Shown one piece after another: positions 38,640-52,125 of a stretch of 64,000 bases of DNA. How positions within the stretch are numbered: position 1 is the stretch's first letter; each line of letters opens with the position of its first letter. The DNA is from Isurus oxyrinchus (lineage: Eukaryota). Location: positions 2,790,001 through 2,854,000 of the forward strand of contig JANJGN010000055.1 in assembly GCA_026770705.1 (NCBI GenBank), read 5' to 3'. The notes below the pieces were generated by a model. It saw nothing but the letters and a program-made list of their open reading frames with translations. It was not told the origin of the DNA and ran no database searches. The position numbers and the translations under genes were made by a program.

Positions 38640-41600
38640 GAGGCCGTTGTAGCATAACCAAGTATCAGAGCAATAGAAGGCATCAGTGCACTGGCAAATC
38701 AGCAGGGGGAGACCTCGTCCTGAGTGAAACACAGCCAAGGTGAGTTTGAGTGTTGGAAATTTGGTGCACATAGTGAATTTAGCTGCTATGTCTTTCTCTT
38801 TAATTTCTCCTTTATTTCTAAGTTCAGTAGTCTACTCAAAAGGTTGGTAAGATAGCTGACTCAGGTGACTGTGTGACCATTAACTGTCAATCAACTGAAG
38901 CATCATTAGGGCCTGAAAAAGTGTTGATTATTATTTGACGCTTTACAAGTGAGAGTCATGTCACCTCGCCTCAGCTCTATTTAAGAAAGGGAATATTACA
39001 TGTAGACAATCAATGAGCCTGCACACGAGCAGGGGAGAGATCCTATCCTGAGTGAGATGCAGCCAGAGTGAGTGTTGTTATTGTCAATTTGTTGCAGAGT
39101 GGGAATTCGGTGCAGAGAGGAACAGGTGTGCTTTGAATGTTTTCTTCAATCTTCAGAGAGTAGTGTTACCCTGCTGCAGCTGTAAAGGGTACAAGGGAGA
39201 TAAATGAGTGGTAAATTGTGGGAAATGTCGGGTAAGTATTTAGAACTTGTATTGCTTATAGTTTAAGGTCTTTTGTGGTTTATAGTTTGTATAATTTGTA
39301 GTAACGACGATCAGAAAAGAAGGGTCCTACAGTAATTGATTTAAAATGTTCAAATTAAAGGGATAAGACATGGCAGTAGAGCACAAAGCTGTGGTGCTCC
39401 ATGTGGGAGACCGGGAACATTTCCAATCAGCTGGATGAGCGGGTGTGGAGGAAATGTGTCCAGCTGAAGCTCATGGAAGCTTGGGTTTCAGATTTGGAAC
39501 GGCGGCTGGTTACATTGTGCAGCACCTGCGAGTCAGAGAGCATCGTGGATAGCAGGTTTAGAGAGCTGAAGCGACTTGAGGAAGGAAGGCAATGGTTGAC
39601 AGGCAGTCATAGAGAAACAGGCAGGTAGTTCAGAAATCCCCTGGAGTCCCGCTAGCAAATCAATATTCCATTTTTGAGGTTGATGAGGGGGCTGGTTCTT
39701 TCAGGGAGTGCAGACAGTGCCAAGCTTCTGGCACCAGAGGCAGCCTGTCTGTACAGGAGGGCAGGAAGAGAGGAAGAGCAATAGTAATAGGTATTCCATG
39801 GTGAAGGGAACAAATAGGAGGTACTGTGGCCGTCAACGTGACGCCTGCATGGTGTGTTGCCCCCTGTTGCCAGTGTCCGGGACGTCACGGAATGGTTGTA
39901 GGGCATCCTGAAAGGTGAGGATGATAAGGCAGAAGTTATGGTACATGTCGGTACCAATGACATTGGTAACAAGAGGGTTGAGGTCTTGAATCAATAATTC
40001 ATTGAATTAGGCAATGGGCTGACAAGCAGGACCTCTCAAGTTATAATTTCTGGATTACTCCCAATGTCACTTTCTAGCGAGCACAGAAATAGAAGAATAG
40101 AGCACATGAATACTTGGCTTAAGATTTGGTGCAGGAGGGATGTTATTAGATTCCTGGATCACTGGGTCAGATTCTAGGGAAGGTGGGACCTGTACAAGCT
40201 GGGCGGCCTACATCTGAACACAGTGGGACTAAGATCCTTGCAGGAGGGTTTGTTCGAGCTGTTGAGATGAGTTTAAACTAATTCGGAAGGAGGAGGGGTC
40301 GCAGAATATTAGCAGAATAGGGACAGATCATATTACCATAAAATAACCAAGTGAGAGGGAGTACAGCTGTCTTACGTTTCAAGGAAGTAGGCAATGCTGA
40401 ATAGCACGTAATTTAATGCTAGGAGTATTAAAGGCAAAACAGATGATTTAAGCGTGAGGATTGACACTTGGAATTCTGATATAGTAGCCATCACAGAGAC
40501 GTGGTTGAGGGAGGGGCAGGGTTGTCAGCTCAACATTCCAGGATATGGAATCTTCAGCCGAGAAGTGGAGGGGTAAAAGAGTTGGAGGCGTTGCTTTATT
40601 AGTTGAGGAGTCAATTTTGCATTAGGAGAGATAATATCTTGGAGGGGGCATCGAATGAAGCTTTCTAAGTCGAGTTTAGGAATAAAAAAAGGGACAACCA
40701 TTTTGTTAAGCATTTACATAAACCTCAGATAGTCTGTCAGAAATTGAGGAGCAAATATATGCATAATTCGCAGAGCTTTGTAAAAACAATTACAATAGGG
40801 TAATTATATTTTGGTGATTTCATTTTTCCAAATACTAATTGGGATAGGCGTGGTTTAAGGGCTTGGATGGTTTGGATTTCTTGAATAGTGTACAGGAGAA
40901 CTTCTGAGATCAATGTGTAGAGGGTCCAACAAGGGGTGGCGCAGTGCTGGACCTAATTCTGGGGAATAATGCCGGACAGGTGGCTGAGGTGGTGGTGGCC
41001 AAGCATTTTATTCATAGCAACCTCAACATGATACAATTTATGCTTTTTCTGGACAAAGACATAGACAACTTCCAAAAAAATGTTTTGTATTGAGGGAGAG
41101 CGGATTTTAGTAAAATAAGGCAGGATCTGTCCAAGGCACACTGCGAACCGGGACTTGTGGGGAACTCTACAAAAGAGCAATTGGTGGGGGGGAGGGTGCT
41201 TTCAAATAGGAAATGGGGAGGGTACAGGAACAACATGTTCCCTCTAGGGTGAGAGGAAGGAGAAACAAGTCCAGAGAACCATGGATAACCAGAAAAATTC
41301 AGCACTTGATAAGGAGGAAAATAGAGGCTTTTCACTGTACCAGGGGAGAAAATCAATGGAGGCATTAGTGGAGTACAAAAAGTACAGGGTGGAGCTTAAG
41401 AAAACAATTAACAGAGCAAAGAAGGGATATGAGAAAGCTATGGCTGGTAACAGGAGGGAAAATCCCAAGATATACCTTAAGTATATCTCTGGGAAGAGGA
41501 TAACCAGGGAAAGAGTAGGGCCCAGGAGGAACCAAGGGGGCAATTTATGGGTGGGGCCAGCGGACAGCGGTAGAGTGTTGAACGAATCCTTCACATCCGT

Positions 41601-43242
41601 TTTCACTCAAGAGAATGAGGATGAAGGTATGGACCTCGCGGCATGACGCAATGAAATTCATGAGCAACTTGCTATAGGGAGTAAAAAGTTATTGGAGGTT
41701 GTTATGTTTAAAAGTGGACAAATCTCCAGATCCGGATGATTTGTGCCCCAGTTTACTGAGGGATGGAATCGCAGGTGCTCTCGCCCAAATTTGTAATTTC
41801 TCTATGGCCACGGGGTTGTTGCCAGAGGGCTGGAGAACAGCTAAGGAAGTTTCACTATTTAAGAAGGTTTCGAGTGCTATGCCATGAAACGACATACCAA
41901 TGAGCCTAAAGTCAGTGGCAGGGAAACTATTGGCGAAATTTCTAAAGGAGACATTATATCTCCACTTGGAGAGGCAAGGTTCGATCAGGGATAATCAGCA
42001 TGGCTTTGTCATAGGGAGGTCATGCCTAACAAATCTGATTGATTTTTTGAGGAGCTGACAAGGTGTGTAGATGAGGGTAGTGTAGTTGATGGAGTTTATA
42101 TGGATTTTAGCCAAGCCTTTGACGAGGTCCCACATGACAGACCTGTAAGGAAGGCAAAAGTAAATTTGATACAGGGTAATTGTATAAGGTAGATCCAAAG
42201 TTAGCTTAGGTGTAGGAGTCAGAGGGGGATGACAGAAGGCTGATTTAGTGACAGGAAGACAGTGTCCAGTGGCGTTCCAAAGGAATCTCCCCTGTTATTC
42301 GTCATTTATATAAACGACATAGATGACTATGTGGGGGTATTATTAGCACATTTGTGGATGACACAATTATCGGCCGGGTGGTTACCAGTGAAATTGAGTG
42401 TCTTGGGCTACAGGAAGATATGGACGGAATGGTCAAATTAGCTGATAAGTGGCAGATAGTATTTAACCCTGAAAATTGTGAGGTGATACACTTTGGAAGG
42501 AGTAATTTGACATGGACGCATTCAATGAACGGCATAACACTAGGAAGTTCTGAGGAACAAAGGGAGTTTGGTGTGTGTATCCATTGATCTCTGAAGTCGG
42601 AGAAGCATGTTAATGGGGTCGTGAAAAAGGCATATGAGGCACTTCCCTTTATCAATTGAGGCATCGATTACAAAAGTAGGGAGGTCATTTTGGTTTTGTA
42701 TAGAATCTTGGTGTGGCCACAGCTGGAGTCCTGTGTGCAGTTCTGGTCGGGAAATTATAGGAAGGATGTAATCACACTTGAGGCAGTGCAGAGGAGATTC
42801 ACTAGGATGTTGCCTATGATGAAAATCTTAAGCTATGAAGAGAGGTAGGAATGTCTTGGGTTGTTTGCTTTGGAGCAGAGAAGACCGAGGGGGGACTTGA
42901 TCGAGGTGTACAACATTATGAGGGGCATGGACATTGTGGATAGGGAGAATCTGTTCCCCTTAAGTGAGGGGTCACTCACGACGGGACACGACGGGGCGAG
43001 AGGTTTAGTGGAGATATGAGGAAAATAGTTTTTACCCATAGGGTGGTGACGGTCTGCAATGTACTGCCTGAGATCGTGGAGGAGGCAGCTTGCCCCACAT
43101 CTTTTAAAAAGGACTTGGATGAGCACCTGGCATGGTCAAGCGCTGGTAAATGGGATTCGATAGGTTGGTCAGTGGTTTGTGACGTGTCGGTGCATACTCG
43201 ATGGGCCGGAGGGCCTCTTCAGCACTGCATGATTCTGTGATT
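38640..43242 (+). mobile_element. Near full-length decayed CR1 LINE (5'UTR, esterase-type ORF1, APE-RT ORF2, 3' tail)
   Basis: ORF1 CRKC/LERRL and VMVHVGTNDIG; ORF2 FNARSI, AITETW, DKSPDPDDLCP, QHGFVIGRSCLTNL, MDFSQAFDEVPH, FVDDTII, WQIVFNPENCEVIHFG; tail GATGGGCCG…ATTCTGTGATTC. Confidence 0.92.
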
Positions 43243-43659
43243 CGGAGAAGAGCACATCCGTGCATAGTCTAGATGCATCCATTTGAAAGGAAAAGGTGCA
43301 GCAAGCATGATTAAATGCGCCCTGGATAATAAATGAATTTATTCAAAATAAATCAAAATAAGGGTGCATCACAGTGAACAAAATCTGTTTTGAAACTTCT
43401 AATTCCAGACTTTTTTTAAATTCAAATTTCACCATCTGTTGTATTGGGATTTGAAACCGACTGTCGAATAAATTATTCCAGGTCTCCTGAAATGTTTTTC
43501 TAATGACAATATAGCGACATGAACATCTGTCTTCAGCCGTGAAGTTAGGAACGCCCTTGACGGAACTGAAAATAAACTAAGAGGGTGGGAGAATAAAGAG
43601 AGATAACAATGAATTAAAAATGTTAGCACTCAAAATTACACTCGAAATGCAAATATTTG

Positions 43660-44420
43660 ATTGACATATAGACTTTAAGAGGGAATTTTTTTGTCCCTTA
43701 AGGGCCTAAAGGGGAATATTCATACAGTGGCGATGACACACTTCAATTACTAAATTAATACTTTGCGTTAGTATCCACAAAGGAAGTCTACAATGTGCAG
43801 GTTACACTAAACATAGGAGAGCAGTTTTATGGACACTATAATAATAGGCAGTGTAATTGTGCTTATACGTTCGTATTTATGAAGGGTTGAAAAATATTTG
43901 GTTGAGATAGAATAAGTTTATTGCTCCAGAATGAAGCGAAGGTAGGAATACCCGTGTCATTTGTTGAAAACAGTGATTAGCGGAATAGTTCCTGAGGTCT
44001 GAACGGTTGCCTATTTTATTCCAGAATTCAGCGAGGGAGGGATAAACCAGGAAATCGCAGACCAATCAGCCTAAGGTCTGTGATGGGGAAGTTATTGTTA
44101 GGAATTATCAAGGGCAAAATAAACTATGGCTTGGTAAGGCCTGGGTAAAGCAAGCACACACTGGATAGATTGGCTGAAGACCAATAATATATAAATGAAG
44201 TGGTTGCATTCTTCCATTATGTTGATTAAGCACTATAGCTGATGTTATATATCTGAAAGTTTGGAAGACATTTGACACTCAAGAGGTTTCTTGAGAAGAT
44301 GGAAGTTCAAGGGCTTCAGCAGATTCGGCTCAGTGTCAGGAAATAGAGGGAAAACTGAATGATATTTTTGAGACTATAAGGTTGATGTATTGGTGTTCCC
44401 AAGGGTCTGTAGTGACGTTA
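43660..44420 (+). mobile_element. Old CR1 RT fragment
   Basis: Degenerate DKPGNRRPISLRSVMGKLL-type region. Confidence 0.55.
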
Positions 44421-44604
44421 TCACTCTATTGTTTGATAAACAGTCGCCCCAGCATCGTTCTCTGTGAAAAACGGCATTCCACCAGTCAGTGAAGACTCTC
44501 TATTTTTTTGAGCCAACTTGCTAACCTATGTCCTGAATGTTCATTCTCTGATTTTAGCCAGAATTGTATTCGAAACGTGGTTTGAAAATCCAGTTCTGAG
44601 AAGT

Positions 44605-44690
44605 TGTGTGTGTGCGCGCGTGTGTGTGTGTGTGTTTGTGAATGTGTGTATGTGTGTGTGTGTGTGTGTATGTGAGAGAGAAAGAGATAC
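44605..44690. repeat. (GT)n microsatellite
   Basis: Visible directly in the sequence. Confidence 0.9.
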
Positions 44691-44850
44691 ATGGTGTGTG
44701 GGGTCCGGAGAGGATGAAGGATGTTATGATTGTAGGCGAGAAAGAGAGAAAAATGCGCTTCTGAGGTATTATTTTAGGTTGTGTTTTTGAGCATGTTCCT
44801 TTGAGAGACAATGTGGTGGAGGGCACGATAGTGTGGAGATGCATGTGAAA

Positions 44851-44950
44851 ACTGTTGAAGAATCATGAGGACTCGAAACGTCATCTCTTTCTTCAACGCC
44901 GATGCTGCCAGACCTGCTGGGTTTTCCAGGTAATTCTGTTATTGCTATGG
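44851..44950 (+). mobile_element. Penelope terminal repeat with hammerhead-like core
   Basis: CTGTTGAagaatcatgaggactcGAAAcgTC, followed by gatgctgccagacctgctgggttttccagg. Confidence 0.7.
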
Positions 44951-44959
44951 AAACTTAGG

Positions 44960-46145
44960 TACCTCACTTCCGAAACGGGGGGATTATAATGGTGAGCAAA
45001 GAAATGGCAGAAGAGTTGAACAGATATTTTGGTTATGACTTCACAATACAGGGCACAAACTATTTTCCAGAAATGTTAGTGAACCATTGGTCTAGTGAGA
45101 GGGAAGAATGGAAGAAAATCAGTATGAGTAAAAAAAAAAACGGGGCTAGAGAATGTAATGGGATTAAACGCTGAAAGATCCCCACGGCCTGATAATCTTA
45201 ATCCTAGAATACTAATGGAAGTGGCCCTGGAAATATTGGATGCACTGATGGTCACCTTCCAAAATTCTATACTCGCTGGAGCAGTTCCTACGGATTGGAG
45301 GGTGTCAAATGTAAAGCGACTGTTTACAAAAAGGAGGAAGAAAAAACACAGGGAATTATAGGCCAGTTAGCCCAACATCAGTAGTGGGGCAAATGCATGA
45401 TTCCATTACAAAATTCGTGGTAACAGAACATTTGGAAAGCGTTATACAAAGTCAGCCTGGGTTTATGTAGGGGAATCATGACTAGCTAGCCTGCTGGAGT
45501 TTTTCGAAGATGTAACTAGTAGAATACATAAGGGAGAACCATTGGATTGGTGTATTTCAGCTTCAAAAGGCTTTTGATAAGGTCCGACATAAGAGGCGAG
45601 TTGGCAAATTTAAACTACACGGGTTTGGGGATAATATACTGGCATAGATTGAGAATTGGTTGTCAGACAGGGAGTGGGAATAATTTTCACGACATATATA
45701 AATGACTTTGATGAGGGAAGCAAATTCAATATTTCCAGGTTTGCTGATGACACAAAACTAGGTGGGGTTGTGTGTTGTCAGGACGATGCAAGGGGGCTTC
45801 AGGGCGATTTAGGCAAGCTGTGTGCGTGAGAAAATGTAAGGCAGATGCAGTATAACGTGGAACAATGTGAGGTTATACGCTTCCGTGTGAAAAAACAGAA
45901 AGGCAGACTATTGTTCAAATTGTGATATATTGGTAACTGTAGATGCACAAAGGGATCTGAGTGTTCTTGTACACCAGTCAATGATATTAAATCGGCAGGT
46001 ATAGCAAGCAATTACGAAGGTAAATGATATGTTGAACTTCATTGCAATAGGATTTGTGTTCAGAAGTTGTGATGTTTTACTGAAGGTATACAGGGCATTG
46101 GTGAGAACACACCTGGAGAGTTGCGTGCAGTTTCGTTCTCCCTAC
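44960..46145 (+). mobile_element. CR1 LINE RT fragment
   Basis: EMAEELNRYF, SPRPDNLNPRIL, VPTDWRVSNV, FADDTKLGG. Confidence 0.85.
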
Positions 46146-46510
46146 ACAGTAGCAGCAGCTTGTACCATTTGTCAGCTCCACTGCAACGGCGAGCGAACGC
46201 TACTTTGACAGCGTCTTCCACGACCTCAATAACTTTGAAGGACACGATCAGCAAACTCCTAGCAACAACACCACCTGGAGCTCCCCTCCAAGCCACACAC
46301 TATACAGGCTTGGAGCTGTATCACATTTCCTTCACTGCCGCTGGATTAAAAAGCATAAGTCCCTCTTAAGTTCACAAGGGATGCCTCTATACCACAGGGA
46401 CAGCAGCGTTTCAAGCAGGTGGTTTACTGCGGCCTTCTCAAGGACAATAAGGAATTGTTAATAAATGTTGGTCTTACCAGCGAAGCTCACATCCATGGAC
46501 AAATTTTCAA
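46145..46510 (+). mobile_element. Second LINE family 3' end
   Basis: Shared tail sequence. Confidence 0.6.
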
Positions 46511-47097
46511 AAAGGCTGACAATTCATTACAAATTTCGCAGCAACCCTCTCCTCGGCTCATATCTGAGTCTCAGTTGAAATGACACATAGTGACCCCAGC
46601 CACCTCACCGATGCACTGACGGATACAACAAAGTCGTTCACTGCTTCAGTGAAATGAATCTCGAGAACAATTTCCAGTGTAATTTCAGCGGAGAACAAAA
46701 TTCATTGAAATAAGCTGTGGTTGATTGGGGAGCCCTTAAAGACTTGATTATTTGAATTCAATCGCTCCCCGAAATCCTTGAGAATTTCATGGAGTGACCC
46801 TTGATATCCTGATTTGTGAAAGGGTGTGCGGCAGATCCAGGTCGAAGGGGAAGATGAAATGACACCTCTCTTATCATCGCCTCCCAAAAACTATCATCCC
46901 TGTAACCCGCTGCTTCATTGGGATAGACTCAATAGGGAGTGACAATTAATCACAACGGTGCACGCTCGCTTGAAAGGTAATTTCAATCCGATTTTGCTTC
47001 TTGACATTCGCAAGTACAATTATATTCCTCCTCATGATTTAAAAATGGTCATGATGTGCCAGGTTCAGTTAAATCCAACGACTGAAGAATCATGCAG

Positions 47098-47171
47098 AGG
47101 AACCGTTGAGATTCAATCTCAGGATCTCTTGTTTACTAGATAGGTGCTTTCACCAACTAAGCCACGGAACC
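47098..47171 (-). pseudogene. tRNA-Thr(AGT) pseudogene (best-preserved copy)
   Basis: Minus strand GGTTCCGTGGCTTAGTTGGTGAAAGCACCTATCTAGTAAACAAGAGATCCTGAGATTGAATCTCAACGGTTCCT. Anticodon AGT intact; T-loop/B box and stems mutated. Confidence 0.8.
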
Positions 47172-48036
47172 AAGCTGCACAGCTGTTAATTATTCCAACA
47201 GTTTCATTTGTATTACATTATTCCACTGGAAATACATGGGGCTTCCTTTGCCTGTTATGGGGCTGCATGGCAGTGGGAAGCGAGAATTTAGAGGATTGTT
47301 CAATCGAGGCAAATTATCATCCAGGAGATTCTTGAATGTTTGAGAAGCCGTGAAATACAAGAAACAGCTGTTCCTATTCCTCATGTTCTTGCAGATACGA
47401 CTCAGAAACACCAGGAACATATTGACCTTGGAGTGGATGCAGTGCTGATTCATCAGTTGGAACAGGTGACTCATCATTTAGTTTTGCTGGCTAGGTATGA
47501 AAACCCTCGAATCGTTTAACGCTACATTGGATACAGCGCAGAGGAGGTTATTTGGTCCGTTTCGTCTGAGCTAGCACTCTCGAGGAGTTATTCATCGCCT
47601 TCCTCTGCCAAGCCGCCTCCACGGCCCCCACACTTATTTTGTTTCTAATTTGGTTTCTCCCTCTCCTATTCCGTTGAGTATAGAGGAATGGATGTTGCCC
47701 TGATTGAGGGTTGAAATGTACTGTTATGCTAAAAGCGGAGAAAGTGTTTTCCTCCGTGTTTAGAATAGGGTTGAACCTGAACATGTTTTTCCTGCTGCTC
47801 CACAGCGATTGTGTCGAGACTAGCCAAGCGAACCATCAGGAAGTACTTTTCATGAAGGGTGTCAGGAAATCTGGAAGCAATTCTTTAAAATAATGCAGGC
47901 CACCACAACTTTGAGAAGATGCAGTTTTTTACAAATGAAAGTGAAGTCTCCGTTTACTCCGTTCTCCATGAAGCATTCAACAAATATTGCTCGTTTTTGC
48001 CATTTCACAGGGAAATACACTTTGAGGAAAATGCAG

Positions 48037-48109
48037 CGCCCAGGTAGTGACTGGAGCCCTGAAACATTAGATTAAATATCTGTCGCCCTTTCACTTTAAC
48101 CAGCAGAGT
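48037..48109 (-). pseudogene. tRNA-Lys(TTT)-derived pseudogene
   Basis: CGCCCAGGTAGTGACTGGAGCCCTGAAACATTAGATTAAATATCTG… degenerate Lys reverse complement. Confidence 0.5.
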
Positions 48110-48752
48110 TGTCTTTAAGTCCTTTCCTATAACTGTCTTCACTCTCTGACAAGCCGTGTCACAAGATTTCCTTCACACTTCTTGTTTGGTAGTTCAACCT
48201 CTACAAAGCATTTCCCTCACTGGAAGACCAGCCGCCTCCCTTTGGCTATATTTCACAAACTGTCTAACATGTACGTGTGATGTGACAACTGTCATTATCC
48301 AGGTATCAGCACTGCGCATTCAAAGCTTTGAAGACCGCATTCATTTGGGGAGATATAAAGTCACAGATATCGGAGCAGGGAGCTGCAAAGACACAAATGG
48401 ATTTTGCGAGTTACTATAAAATTTCAAATGATGTTTGTTGCAGTAACTGTGAACGCTAGAAAGCTGTTTCAGCTTAACGTGTTAAATTGTGTGAAACAAA
48501 GGGTAGGGGTGTAAATAGGTCAGTCAGCCCAAGCTCTTCATTAAAAAAAGATCCTCCATTTACCCCATCCCACTCTTTCCTACATAACGTGCAGTAACAT
48601 AAATCAGAAAACCATTGCTCAGTCCTCGCCAGCCGTAATTCAAAATGTTGCTCACGCATGACGCTCCAACCCCATCCTGTTCCTTATCTGAGTGGATAAT
48701 TCTACCTCTGGAGTTCGTTTGTCATAAAGCCCCACAATAATGACGCGGATAA

Positions 48753-48826
48753 AGGCACCGCTCAGATTTGAGCTCAGGACCGCCTTTTTATGAGACAGAG
48801 GCTTAAAAGAACTGTCGCACAAGGTC
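48753..48826 (-). pseudogene. tRNA-Thr-derived pseudogene
   Basis: AGGCACCGCTCAGATTTGAGCTCAGGA…GAGACAG. Confidence 0.6.
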
Positions 48827-49931
48827 GAATTGCGAGAGAGTTTTTTAATGCAAAGTTTTAAATTGTGCCCTATTATTTTGCTGTAAACGTCACTGTTTAC
48901 CTCTCTCTATGAGAGTGCAAATTGAGAACTTTGATTTGGAAGAGCTTCGGAGCAGTGACATGACTTCTGATAACAGCGCTAACCAAATAGGACAGATGGA
49001 TTCATACCAAATTCAGAAGGATCAGAGTCACCTCATTGAAGTATACACCATTTTATGGACCTTGACAAGATAAATGATGGAAACATATTGCCTAAGGCGC
49101 TGGGTTCTAGCGTCAGTGGTTAGAGACTGAGAAGAAGGCGTCAGCCATTTATCCGTGAGATGAGGAAGTTCAAGGCAGATATCAAAATCTCCCGGGGTTC
49201 TGTGAGAACCATTGGGATATGAGTGTAGTTCAGGAAGTTGCAATTGAGGGAGATCAGTTAGCAAGTTGCTCAATGTTTGCGAAGCGATGAAGACTAGCAC
49301 ATGACATACGTACTCATTATGTTTCCTTATGTTCTTACAGGCTTTGTGAGGAATAACCAAGATTATACTGACCTTGCATTGGAAGCAATACAGGTTCACC
49401 AGGAGGATCCCGAGGTTTAGCCGCGTTACATTCGGAGTGCAAGTTTCATACACAGAATCTTGAAATGCTTAGAGCACAGCAGGCTGTCATTCGACCCATC
49501 TTGCTGTGCTGTACTCTGAAGGAACAATTCACTGCTGCCACTCCCCATCAGTCTCCAGGGCCCCGTGCACATTTCTCCTTTTCAAAACTTCTGCCTTTTA
49601 TATTCCCATGAGTATTGAAGAATGAAGGCGATTTGTTTGATGTTTCCATGAATTGTTAGGTTACTACTTTTTTTTTCCCCGGGCGGCAAGAATAGCCTTG
49701 AAGGTAACGATCGAAAGCAATAGTGCCCACCAAGCGAAACATCAGGAAACTTGGGCAGCTAGAAATCCAGAAATAATTCTTAAACATTATCGGGGCTACA
49801 GCATTTCAGTAAGATGGACTTTTCCTCAAATCGAACAAATGCATGCGTCATTCTGCTCTCCTTGAAGAGTTCAGGAGAAATCGCTTTTTTTTGTGTTTGT
49901 TTGTGGAGTGAGCACCCTGATTCAAAAACAG

Positions 49932-50001
49932 TGGACGACCCGGACTGGAATGTTAGACCGCTCAGGATAAAAGCCTAATGTGCGATCGACAGCTTTACGC
50001 G
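49932..50001 (-). pseudogene. tRNA-Lys(TTT)-derived pseudogene
   Basis: GGACTGGAATGTTAGACCGCTCAGGATAAAAGCCTAATG…TCGAC. Confidence 0.45.
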
Positions 50002-50684
50002 ATCTGTCCCGCCAGCTTTCCCATGGGTGCATTCATTGGCTAACAAGAGGCATCCCAACGTTTATTTTTGCATTTCCTTCTTTGATAATTCATTTTCTAC
50101 AGGTCATTTCCCTCACAGGGAGTTCGGCAGTTCCCTTAGGCTTCATTTCTCAAATCGTCAAACTTGCACCAACTACTCTCCACTTATCAGTGACATATGC
50201 TGTGACCACTGTTCTAACCCGCGTTTCGGCACTGGACCTTCAAAGATTTGAAGATTGCATTCAGTTCGGGGAGATATTAAGTTGCAAAAATCGGATTGTG
50301 AAGCTGCAAAAGAACAGAGATGGATTTCACGAGTCGGTGAACGATTCACATGATGTGTGTTATGGCACAGAGTTCAAGCAAGAAAATCAGTTGGATTAAC
50401 GTTCTAAATTGTGTGAATCACAAAGTGTAGGAGGTGGAAATAGATCTATCAGTTCAAGGTCTTCATAAAAAAAACCTCCAACACGTATTCTTCCCCATTC
50501 CTTCCTGCATAATACGCAGGGACCTAAATCATTCAACCCTTGCTCACATTTATCACTTAAAATGCTTCTTAAGCATTAGCCTCCAATCGAGCATTGATCC
50601 AATGCGACTTCTACATACGGGCGCATAATTCCCCAGGCTACTGCTGCAAGTCATTGGTTTGATTTAAAATCGTGGATTGACTAA

Positions 50685-50757
50685 TCACACCGTGGATATT
50701 TAAATCAGGATCCCTTGTTTACTACGCGCTCACATTAACCAATGGAGCCAAAGTAGC
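50685..50757 (-). pseudogene. tRNA-Thr(AGT)-derived pseudogene
   Basis: CAGGATCCCTTGTTTACTA…TTAACCAATGGAGCCA. Confidence 0.5.
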
Positions 50758-52042
50758 AACTCGAAGCACAGATTTGCAATGTAAAGTTTTAAATTGTATC
50801 CCAATACTTTGCTGCAAACATGATTGTCCATATGTTACGGGGCTAAATGACAGTGGAAATTGAAAAGTTTCAACTGTACAGGGCTTTCAAAACTTTGTAG
50901 ATTGTATTTATTGTAGCAAGTGTTGTGAAAAGGTACAAAGGGGCAGACATTCATTTTGCGAATTGGGAAACAATTTCACGTTGTGTTTGTTGTGCTGAAG
51001 TGTGATAATATTCCTCGAAGACAAGAAAGCTCACTGGAAGTAACGTTTACATTGTATGAGTCACAAAGTGCAGGGTGTAAATAGATTTGTCAGCCCCAAT
51101 TCTACATGAAAAATCTTCATAATTTATCCCTGCACACTCTTTGCTGCAAAACGTTAAGTAACAGAAATCAGTCAATCCTTTGTATTGTTCTCAGTTATCG
51201 CCAGTAATAATTAAAATGCTTCCTTAACATTAACCTCCAAAAAGTATTATTTATAATGCCATCGAAATCCAAGTGATTTACTCGAAATCTGTAAGTTGAT
51301 GTGAACTTCTTGCCAACTGCCCCCATGTTGTTTCTCGCTGGGTTTCACTGGCTTGGTTTTGTTACAATTCTTTCATTATTCCTTACTGATGCACTCGGAC
51401 AGCTACTATGCAACAATTCACGACCCCATCTGGACAAATGTTGTTTCGTTATTATACACGCTATAACTCTCTTTTGTGTTTTGTAACATGAAATATTTTC
51501 TCTATTTCCCTCCTCAAGACATTCACTAATGTACATCCTGCCCTTTCCTGTTCTCCACTGGTTCAAGTGCTATATTTATATATTTCTTTAGGACTGATGG
51601 AAAGTCAAAAACTGGTACCCTTCGCTCTGTTTGTGTCCAATGATGTGTCCTGACTCGTTAAATATTTTAAGAATTGTCTGATTTATTTTCATATTTCCAG
51701 TGTCAACGCTAATTCAATTTTCCAACTGAAAGGATCGTGAAATCAGATTCAATGGGTTTTAAACACAAACAATTTACAAGGTGGTGGGGAAAAGCTGGAT
51801 TGTGGAACAGAATTGACAGCTCTTTCTCAGAGTTGGCACAGTCTCGATGGACCGACAGGTCTCCTTCTGAACACCTGGATTCTATGACTCAGGCATATCA
51901 CTTCTATATGGGCTGGGGGATTAGAAAACGGCTCAAGGCGCGACGGTGATGAATGGATGATGCTGGACTGTTCCCCCATGTTATGTCCCGACTTGTTTGC
52001 CTGATGTTTCGCACCAACATGTAACAATGCTGCATTTGTCAA

Positions 52043-52125
52043 GCTTTGGCGACTGAATGGTTAAGGTTCTGTACATGAGTTTCGTACATGTGATTCGGTT
52101 TGAACGTTCAAATACTGCTCGCAGC
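52043..52125 (+). pseudogene. tRNA-Ser-derived pseudogene
   Basis: GCTTTGGCGACTGAATGGTTAAGG…GTTCAAATACTGCTCGCAGC; length and ends fit tRNA-Ser (GCTGTGATGGCCGAGTGGTTAAGG…GTTCGAATCCTGCTCACAGC). Confidence 0.5.

Noticed and set aside
47098-47171. Functional tRNA-Thr gene
   Set aside because: T-loop ATTGAAT and mismatched acceptor and anticodon stems; called a pseudogene.
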